Below, piece by piece: positions 57,089 through 64,000 of a stretch of DNA of 64,000 bases. Under the pieces are notes generated by a model that was not told the origin of the DNA, searched no databases, and was given only the letters and a program-made list of their open reading frames with translations. The stretch covers positions 5,087 through 69,086 of the forward strand of contig JAZUSP010000047.1 of assembly GCA_045606805.1 (NCBI GenBank), given 5' to 3'. The position numbers were made by a program, and so were the translations under genes. Each line of letters starts with the position of its first letter. The stretch's first letter is position 1. This DNA comes from Elusimicrobiaceae bacterium. GTDB lineage: Bacteria; Elusimicrobiota; Elusimicrobia; Elusimicrobiales; Elusimicrobiaceae.

Positions 57089-59980
57089 CTAACTGCGTTT
57101 GCGGGAGGTACCCTTGCGCGCGGTAGTTTTTGCAGTAGCTTTTTTGGCCGGGGCCGGTTTGGCCGCAGCGGGTGCTTGTTGTTTAATGCCGTAGGCTTGG
57201 TCTAACAAGTTTTTGGCATCAGAAACGGTGGGGTCCAAAAGGCCGCTTACCATGTTATAGTTAAAGCGGTACACCGTTTTGAAATTTTGCGGATTTTCCG
57301 GCGGTACTTTGACGGTAACGGAGTAATTATCCGCTTCTACGGCCTCAGTGGTTTCCCACGTGATAAGTTCCGGCGAAATACCCGCATGTTTAGACTCAAT
57401 AAATGCTTTGAGCAAGAATCCGTTAGGCAACGGGAATTGCTGCACTTTTTCCTGAGCTTGCTGCGCTGGGGTAGGCCCTTGGGGAACTTCCGGCGCTGGG
57501 ACGGCTGGCAGTTGTTGCGGTTCAGCCAAGATTTCTTGCGTGGTTTGCTGGACGGCGGCTTGCGGTTTACCTGCAAACAAGTTGACAGATGCCGGCAACA
57601 CTTTTAAGAGCCCTAACAGCACATACAGGATAATCAGGAATAATATGCAAACTAAAGTCAAGATGATTGCTTTAGTGGATTTGGTAAGTCCACCGAAAGT
57701 TTTTAGGCCATGTTGTGCGGTTACGTCATTTAATTCGTTGACGTTTAAGCGTTCGGTTTCGGTCGGTTCGGGGACCATGGGAACTGTTTTGATGTCAAAG
57801 GCGGCACCGCGTTTGGCCTGGATGGTATTTTCCAAGTTGATTTGGGTAGCCGATATATCATCCGGCAAGCCTTCCGTACCTAATTCTGTAGTGGATTGGC
57901 TTTTGGTGACGGCTAACATATCCTGGAAAGTGGCGTCTTTTTCTTTTTTATTCTTTTCTTCTTCCTGTGCTTTCATGACTTCGGCCACATTATCCGTTAA
58001 TTGGGCCGGCGGTACAAAGTCGGAAATCAAATACGTGGACCCTTCTTTAAGTTCAATTTCTGTCAGTTCGTTCGGGTTGCTTTCGGGCAACGGTTCGTTA
58101 GATAAATTGACTGTGGCCGCTTGAACGACAGGTTGTTCTGTATCGTCGTTTCCAAAAGCATCTTGTAAATCTTTATCAGTAATCGTTCCCGGATCTGTTT
58201 TCGCAGTTTCTTCCTGCGCCGGGGTTTCTACCTGCGCCGGGGTTTCTTCCTGAACCGGGGTTTCTTCCTCTGCCGGGGCTTCTTCTTGCACCTCTGGTTC
58301 TTCTTTTATATAAAAGCCTTCCGGTTCTTCTTCTTTGGTGTGAGGTACTAACTCTTGGATAGCATCTTCTTCCGGCAAATCAGCCGGGGCCGGCGTTGCT
58401 GCTGCCTGCTCTTGGGCTTCTTTTTCAAAGGCGGCGCGGTCATCTAAGCCGGGTAAGTCGGCAACGGCCGGGGTTTGCGGTTCAACAACCGGTTGTTCCG
58501 CGACATCCGGCATTTGGGCTACCGGGATTTGCGGCGCAACTTCTTCTTGCAGTTCTTGCGCTTGCGGCAGTTCTTGCGCAGTGTCCGCTACCGGGATTTG
58601 ATCAAGATTAGAATTGGAGTCTTCATGAAAAAGGGTGGTAGCGGTGGGGGCTATGTCCACAGACGGTAAATCCGCCGGGGCAGGTTCGGGTTGAGGGTTA
58701 TCGGCGGGCATTTGCTTGGCCGGTAAAACTTCTTCTAATTTTTCCGGATTTTCTTTATCCGTAGCAATGGATAACGGAGCCGGTTCGGGTTTATCTTCAT
58801 TATTTACTAAAGAGACGACAGATGCAGCCGCGAGCCCCGCTGCGGCGGCCCCTAATGCTATTTCACCTACGGAAGATTTTTCTTCTTCGGTGGATGCGGG
58901 GGCTTGTTCGTGCTCGGCAATGATTTGGTCTAAAATATCTTCTTTTGGCGAGGCCGTCAATTCATTAATCAGTGCATCTTTTTGAGTTTCTTCCAAGCTG
59001 GGGGTAGTGATGACGGCTTCTTGCAGTTCAAGAGTGGGCTTTTCGTCGGCCGGTTCTTCTGTTTCGGCGGGCGCAGGTGCGGAATTTTCGTCGGGCGTAG
59101 ATGCGGGCTCTTTTATTTCCCCTAATGATAAAGAGGTCATTTCTTTTTCAATTTCATCAAGGGCGTCTGCCGGTAAAGGCATAGGTTCTTCGGTTACAAC
59201 AGGTTGTATTTGGGGTTGCGGGGCCGGTATATCCGCAGCCGGTTCAGTTTTGGGTTCCTCTTGCACTGGGATAAATTCAAGTTCGGGTTCAATGCTGTGT
59301 ACCGCTTGTTCTTCTTCGGCTTTTTTTCGAGCTTCCTGTTCAGCTGTTTTTTCGGGCATTAAATCCTGGAAAGTGTCTTCTATTTCAACGGGTTTTCCGC
59401 CGTACATTGAATCTAAGGCTGAGCGGATAATTACTTCCTCTTCTTCTGGGGCGGACTGCGTGGGGAACGGTGTATCCTCTTGGGATGTTTCTAGTTCATT
59501 CGCAGGCATATCATGCCGGGTCAGCGTAATGGTATTGGAATGAGGGTCATCCGTGGGCACACTTAACGGAATGTCTTGAGCCGCATCATTCGGGCGGGAT
59601 AATTGAGCGACTTGGTCGGATAATTTTTTGTTTTGTTCCAAAGCGTTATCCAAATTATGTTGCATAGAATCTAATTTGGATTGTAAGTTAGACATACCGC
59701 TTGTCAAGGCTTGTAACTGGGCAAGTAAAGCTTGGGTTTGCGCATCTTGTTGCGGTTGCTGGGCGGCCGATTGTTGCGGCATGGTTTGTGGGAGCGGTTC
59801 GCTAACCGGGATTTCGTCAAATTCAAAAATAGAAGAAGCTTTGACCCATTCTTGCCCGCCTTTAGAGGCCACTTCTTCCGAACAAATCAGCGTATCAGGG
59901 GTAAAGCCTTTCAGCGTTACCAAACTATTCTCATCATACGGTCCGTCAACTTTTTCGTTAATATATACCCAGTATCTCAT
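57089..59980 (-). CDS. GYF_2 (DUF4339)-like N-terminus + long acidic disordered linker + TM + extracytoplasmic domain
   Basis: YWVYINEKVDGPYD..W..A N-terminus; E/P/A/Q-rich middle; TM helix IILTLVCILFLIILYVLLGLL. Confidence 0.8.
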   Translation of the reverse strand: MRYWVYINEKVDGPYDENSLVTLKGFTPDTLICSEEVASKGGQEWVKASSIFEFDEIPVSEPLPQTMPQQSAAQQPQQDAQTQALLAQLQALTSGMSNLQSKLDSMQHNLDNALEQNKKLSDQVAQLSRPNDAAQDIPLSVPTDDPHSNTITLTRHDMPANELETSQEDTPFPTQSAPEEEEVIIRSALDSMYGGKPVEIEDTFQDLMPEKTAEQEARKKAEEEQAVHSIEPELEFIPVQEEPKTEPAADIPAPQPQIQPVVTEEPMPLPADALDEIEKEMTSLSLGEIKEPASTPDENSAPAPAETEEPADEKPTLELQEAVITTPSLEETQKDALINELTASPKEDILDQIIAEHEQAPASTEEEKSSVGEIALGAAAAGLAAASVVSLVNNEDKPEPAPLSIATDKENPEKLEEVLPAKQMPADNPQPEPAPADLPSVDIAPTATTLFHEDSNSNLDQIPVADTAQELPQAQELQEEVAPQIPVAQMPDVAEQPVVEPQTPAVADLPGLDDRAAFEKEAQEQAAATPAPADLPEEDAIQELVPHTKEEEPEGFYIKEEPEVQEEAPAEEETPVQEETPAQVETPAQEETAKTDPGTITDKDLQDAFGNDDTEQPVVQAATVNLSNEPLPESNPNELTEIELKEGSTYLISDFVPPAQLTDNVAEVMKAQEEEKNKKEKDATFQDMLAVTKSQSTTELGTEGLPDDISATQINLENTIQAKRGAAFDIKTVPMVPEPTETERLNVNELNDVTAQHGLKTFGGLTKSTKAIILTLVCILFLIILYVLLGLLKVLPASVNLFAGKPQAAVQQTTQEILAEPQQLPAVPAPEVPQGPTPAQQAQEKVQQFPLPNGFLLKAFIESKHAGISPELITWETTEAVEADNYSVTVKVPPENPQNFKTVYRFNYNMVSGLLDPTVSDAKNLLDQAYGIKQQAPAAAKPAPAKKATAKTTARKGTSRKRS

Positions 59981-60056
59981 AATTTCATCACCCTGTTTTT
60001 TAAAATATCATGGTATGATAACAGCATAGCAAATTATCACCTAGTTTTACAGCTTT

Positions 60057-61619
60057 TTATATAGATTTCGCTTGAGCCCGTGCTTGCCGGTAATGATTTA
60101 GCAAGGTTTCTAATTCTTGCGGGTCCTCTTTTTTCTGTTCGATTGCGGGCAGCATGTCCGTTAGAACGGATACCGAGGACCCGTTTTCCAACATTTCCAG
60201 TAAAAATTGGCAAATGGTGTGGTTATACTTACCATTTAATTCTTCCACCAAACTACGTAAGGCAAAAAGGTGTTTTTCCCGGTTCGCTTTCCAAAAGGTA
60301 TAAGGTGCTAAGGATTTATTGAAAAAAGTGACCAATTCTTTGGCCGATTTGGTACCCAGGTAATTTTTCATCACTTGCGGGGCTAACCCTTGCGTGAGTG
60401 AAATGGCTTTAATGCCCTGCATATAAGCCGCTTGTTTGCGGGCTTCTTCCTGGCTGAGCATCCCTAAGAGAACTTTGCAAGCCAGCTCTTTGTTTTCGTC
60501 TTGGTTCACACAATAAGGTAAGTTGGATAGTAGCTCATTTAGTTCCCGTTCCAATTGGGCGAATGTCTTTTTCCCCCCAAAGCGGTTTGCCATTTCATAT
60601 TCAAAGCCACTGTATAAGGCGTTTTTGGCTAATTGGCGGCGCAAGAGTTCAGTTTCGCGCTTTGAGGCGGCTGCTTGAGAGGCCCGCTCAAAACTTTCCG
60701 GCGTTCCGTCCAGCAGTACGCGCACCGCCAGGCCGAGGTTTTCTTCGGGATTATCCACATACGGCAAGCGTTTAAGTACCGCATCAAACGCAGCGGCAAT
60801 GTCCTGCGGGGTTTTGGCCTTTAAATAACGGCAGGCAATAATCAGTAAATCTTCTTCTAACAGTTCATCATTTAAAAGTTTGGAAGTGACGGCAATATCT
60901 TGCGCGTCTTTGGGGGTAATTTGCAACAAAAGTGTGCGGGCGGCCAAAGAAGCGCATAAATGTTCGCATGGGTTATGTATTAACAGTTCTTGAAATAATT
61001 GTTCAAACGGCTCTTTTACAGAAATACTGGCCGGCTGGGAATATAAGAGTTCCAGCTCTGCCGTTAGTTTAACAGACAAATGGTATTTATCGGCCAAGGT
61101 AAAAATGGTGTTACGGTTTTGGGCCGTAATTTCTTTAGAACGGGCATAAATTTCATCTGCTTGCGTAAGCAGATAAGAAAGTGCGGCGCGGGCTTGTTCT
61201 TCGTCGGATAAATTTTCTTTTTGTACGTGGGAAAGCGCGTCTTCAAAGGCGTCATCAAAATACCGGCGCGAAGAAAACGAGGCATATACTTCCAGTAATT
61301 TGCCCGTGTCTTGCGCGGAGATGTTCAACGCGGCGCACAACTCGTTAATAGAGGTGGAATTGTTGTAAATGCGTAGTTGCCGCAAAGCGGCGGCCAAGGT
61401 ACATTCATCCAAGAGCATTTTGGCAATAGTGGTGTCGGTCATGGGCGAGTCCGAGCTGAGTTGGGCGGCCAGGTCGGCAATGTCTTGCTGGAGTTGGGCG
61501 ACTGTTTTTTTATCTTCTAAGGTATAGACGAGTTTGGCGGCATAGTCGTTATCAATGCCGGGGAGCATATTATAAATGGTGCTTAACATACCACTGCGTT
61601 TGGTTTCGGTTTGGCTCAT
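60057..61619 (-). CDS. Hypothetical all-alpha protein with degenerate internal repeats
   Basis: Start MSQTETK overlaps the upstream stop (ATGA); LPY..N..EN..LA..VLL recurs. Confidence 0.75.
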   Translation of the reverse strand: MSQTETKRSGMLSTIYNMLPGIDNDYAAKLVYTLEDKKTVAQLQQDIADLAAQLSSDSPMTDTTIAKMLLDECTLAAALRQLRIYNNSTSINELCAALNISAQDTGKLLEVYASFSSRRYFDDAFEDALSHVQKENLSDEEQARAALSYLLTQADEIYARSKEITAQNRNTIFTLADKYHLSVKLTAELELLYSQPASISVKEPFEQLFQELLIHNPCEHLCASLAARTLLLQITPKDAQDIAVTSKLLNDELLEEDLLIIACRYLKAKTPQDIAAAFDAVLKRLPYVDNPEENLGLAVRVLLDGTPESFERASQAAASKRETELLRRQLAKNALYSGFEYEMANRFGGKKTFAQLERELNELLSNLPYCVNQDENKELACKVLLGMLSQEEARKQAAYMQGIKAISLTQGLAPQVMKNYLGTKSAKELVTFFNKSLAPYTFWKANREKHLFALRSLVEELNGKYNHTICQFLLEMLENGSSVSVLTDMLPAIEQKKEDPQELETLLNHYRQARAQAKSI

Positions 61620-62191
61620 AGGTGGTGCCCCTGTGAAAACGTGTTTATCCAGGTTTGTAATTGTGCTTGACGGGCGGTGTCTGTGATATAATCCGCATTG
61701 GCGCGGATATTTTCCACGCAGCAGGCCACGGCGCTTGTGAGTAAATGTTGTGCACAATGTGCGTCGGAAACAATGATGTGGGAAATGTAAGGACGGGCCT
61801 CTTTTAATAGGGCGGCAACTTGCAAACATACTTGCGCTGTTTGCGCCGGAACGGCGGCCGCTTGCCACAACGCTTCTTGCACGGCTTGCGCACGCGCGTG
61901 GTTTTCTTTGGGGAGTTTGGCGGCCGCTAAATAATCTTCATACGCGCAGGCATCTTGCGTGATTAAATTTTTTAGTTGTTCATACAACGTATTTAATTGT
62001 TGCAACGATTCTTTCAAACTAGGGTGGTATTCAGCCGGAGTGGCTTTGCGTTTAAGCGTAGTACCAACCGCCATCATGATAAGCGCACAACCCATGGCAC
62101 CCGCCATGGCGGCGGCCGCCCCCCCACCCGGGGTAGGGGCCGAAGAAGCTAAAGCATCCGTAAACGTTTGTGCGCTTTCGTTCCACGTCAT
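61616..62191 (-). CDS. Formiminotetrahydrofolate cyclodeaminase family protein
   Basis: LASSAPTPGGGAAAAMAGAMG, DACAYE, PAQTA and SDA motifs. Confidence 0.9.
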   Translation of the reverse strand: MTWNESAQTFTDALASSAPTPGGGAAAAMAGAMGCALIMMAVGTTLKRKATPAEYHPSLKESLQQLNTLYEQLKNLITQDACAYEDYLAAAKLPKENHARAQAVQEALWQAAAVPAQTAQVCLQVAALLKEARPYISHIIVSDAHCAQHLLTSAVACCVENIRANADYITDTARQAQLQTWINTFSQGHHL

Positions 62192-62199
62192 AAGGTTAC

Positions 62200-63051
62200 C
62201 TACATAATGGTGCCGGACGGAAGATCCGAATATTTTTTAATACGCAGCATTTTGAGGCGGTCCTCGACAATGTCGGTGCGGCTGAAAAACACGTGTTCTA
62301 TAGCGCTGGCCGGCATAATGTAACGGCCGCGTTTGACACCTTTGGGGTCGGTTTTTAAGCCGAGCCATACACTCCACAGCTTGACATCTTTAAAATCTTT
62401 TTCTTCCAGTTCCGCCGCGGCGCGCCGAATTTTTTTAAGGTCGCCCAGGCCGCTGGTAATGACGGCATTGTGAAAACCGCAATTTTTGGCGGCGCAGATA
62501 TCGCGGTGCGTGTCGCCGATTACATAGACTTGGTCGGGCGAAAATTTGGTTTTAAATTTTTTCTCGGCGCGTTTGACGGCGGCCCCAAGCATTTCTTCGC
62601 GCGTGTGCCCGTCCGTGCCCCACCCGCCGACGGTAAAGTAGTTGCCTAAGCCGCTGGGTTTTAATTTAATATAGGCGCCTTCTTCGGTATTTCCGGTACC
62701 TAAGGCCAGCACAATGTCTTTATCTTTGGAAATTTCTTTAAGCAGTTTTTCCACGCCGGGCAGTGCGTTGTATTTATGGGCGCGCACGAGGGCGTGAACT
62801 TCGTCCGGCAGTTGGTCCACATACGCTTTTTCCATTTTTTTAAGTTCCGCGGCCGACGGTTTTTTGCCTTTGTGGAGCATGCCGTAAATCAAGGTAAAAT
62901 TATCTAAATCGGTCCGGCCCGAAATTAACGCATGTTCAAACTTTGGCAGTTTGCCGTAGAGTTTTTCAGCCGCTTTGGCTAGGGCGCGGCACCCGGCGCC
63001 GCCAGTGGTCACTAAGGTGCCGTCTAAATCAAATAAAACGAGTTTTTTCAT
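62200..63051 (-). CDS. HAD-superfamily hydrolase (phosphoglycolate phosphatase-like)
   Basis: FDLDGTL, LGTGN and YVIGDTHRD motifs. Confidence 0.9.
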   Translation of the reverse strand: MKKLVLFDLDGTLVTTGGAGCRALAKAAEKLYGKLPKFEHALISGRTDLDNFTLIYGMLHKGKKPSAAELKKMEKAYVDQLPDEVHALVRAHKYNALPGVEKLLKEISKDKDIVLALGTGNTEEGAYIKLKPSGLGNYFTVGGWGTDGHTREEMLGAAVKRAEKKFKTKFSPDQVYVIGDTHRDICAAKNCGFHNAVITSGLGDLKKIRRAAAELEEKDFKDVKLWSVWLGLKTDPKGVKRGRYIMPASAIEHVFFSRTDIVEDRLKMLRIKKYSDLPSGTIM

Positions 63052-63944
63052 TTGCTTTCTCCTTTGGGTTTTACAATTCCGGTAACAATGTACGCCCCGC
63101 CTACCGCTAATACCATGCCGATAATTTTGGGCAGTGTTACGCGGTCCTGCCCGAAGGCCATGGACAAAATATACGTGCCCACGGGGTAAGATAAAATAAT
63201 AGCGGTAGCTTTGCTTAAATCCATATTACGGATGGCTTGATACCAGTACACATTGCCTAAAAAATAGTTGATGACGGCGCTAAGCACCAGGATAATCCAC
63301 AGCGCGGGGGCTGTGGCGTTTAGCATAATAGGTCCGTCTAACAGCGGCCAACAAAGCACCAGTAAACCCAGCGCCGGAAGTGCATACAACGCACGTGCGG
63401 CGGCAATAGATTGCGGGGACAAATCCTTGGGGAGTTTTTTAGCAAAAATGTGGCTAACTTGGTACATCCACACATAGCCGATTACCAACAGGTCGCCCTT
63501 GGCTTGGATGGAAGTTCCCCCTTCAAGTACAATTAAAATAACGCCCATTAAAATAAGCACCGAGCCGCCGATTTGTTTAAGTGTGGGGCGTTCTTTGAGT
63601 AAAATGGCCGCCAAAATAAGCGAGTAAATCATTTCCACCTGGTTGGCGATAGACGCATTGACGGGTGTAGTGTATTTGAGAGCAATCATAAACATCGTCA
63701 TAGGTAGCGCAGTGCCGAAAGTCCCCATGCCCAGCGCTTTGGGCCAGACGTCTTTGCGGAACAGGTTTTTCCACTCTACCGAATTGCCGAAATACAAACG
63801 GAAACACAGCACGGCAAACGCGCAAGTAAAAAACAAAAACAGGGCTGACGTAGCATACGGCACAGCCAGTTTGGAAATGACTACGTTAACAGACGTGGCC
63901 AACCACGCGAGCCAAATCGCGTAAATGGGTAAAACATTAAACAT
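63048..63944 (-). CDS. EamA/DMT-family transporter
   Basis: 10 TM helices in two EamA repeats (ALKYTTPVNAS, ILLKERPT). Confidence 0.9.
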   Translation of the reverse strand: MFNVLPIYAIWLAWLATSVNVVISKLAVPYATSALFLFFTCAFAVLCFRLYFGNSVEWKNLFRKDVWPKALGMGTFGTALPMTMFMIALKYTTPVNASIANQVEMIYSLILAAILLKERPTLKQIGGSVLILMGVILIVLEGGTSIQAKGDLLVIGYVWMYQVSHIFAKKLPKDLSPQSIAAARALYALPALGLLVLCWPLLDGPIMLNATAPALWIILVLSAVINYFLGNVYWYQAIRNMDLSKATAIILSYPVGTYILSMAFGQDRVTLPKIIGMVLAVGGAYIVTGIVKPKGESK

Positions 63945-64000
63945 ACTTATATTATACTTTATTAGGAGGGGTTAGTGCCCCTGTTGTTTGACGGTCAGGC

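Noticed and set aside
61620-61868. N-terminal extension of the 60057 ORF as given in the track
   Set aside because: It overlaps the cyclodeaminase gene in another frame; the ATGA-coupled start at 61619 is far more plausible.

Overview
Bacterial chromosomal segment of about 50% GC in the housekeeping genes, with AT-richer pilin genes. The many PilE-like pilin genes, FadL/TolC outer-membrane proteins and anaerobe genes (hydF, 2[4Fe-4S] ferredoxin, feoB) suggest a diderm gut anaerobe, most likely Elusimicrobiota; this is inferred, not verified. Housekeeping genes include dxr (partial), cdsA, rimP-nusA-infB, era, serC-like, uvrA, dxs, ispA, mutY, a TolC/MacAB-type efflux operon, an ECF sigma/anti-sigma locus, cobB, feoAB and pepT. 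Nine type IV pilin-like genes are scattered between them. The most striking pattern is that 8 of the 9, all on the minus strand, carry the same architecture upstream: a sigma70 -10 box followed by a ~260-290 nt untranslated leader. The leader's primary sequence varies, but its base-paired stems covary across copies, and one stem has a mutually exclusive alternative partner (riboswitch-like). In six pilins the cleavable prepilin leader peptide is built from in-frame insertions of three families of palindromic REP-like repeats, which also occur free in intergenic DNA. Other observations: a 6S-like ncRNA; a 3x74-bp tandem repeat; an AT-rich 26.6-28.4 kb region with a dif-like site, DnaA-like boxes, repeat arrays and a winged-helix gene; about 12 apparently leaderless genes; and several unusual protein architectures. 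All assignments were made by eye, with no database searches or folding software.
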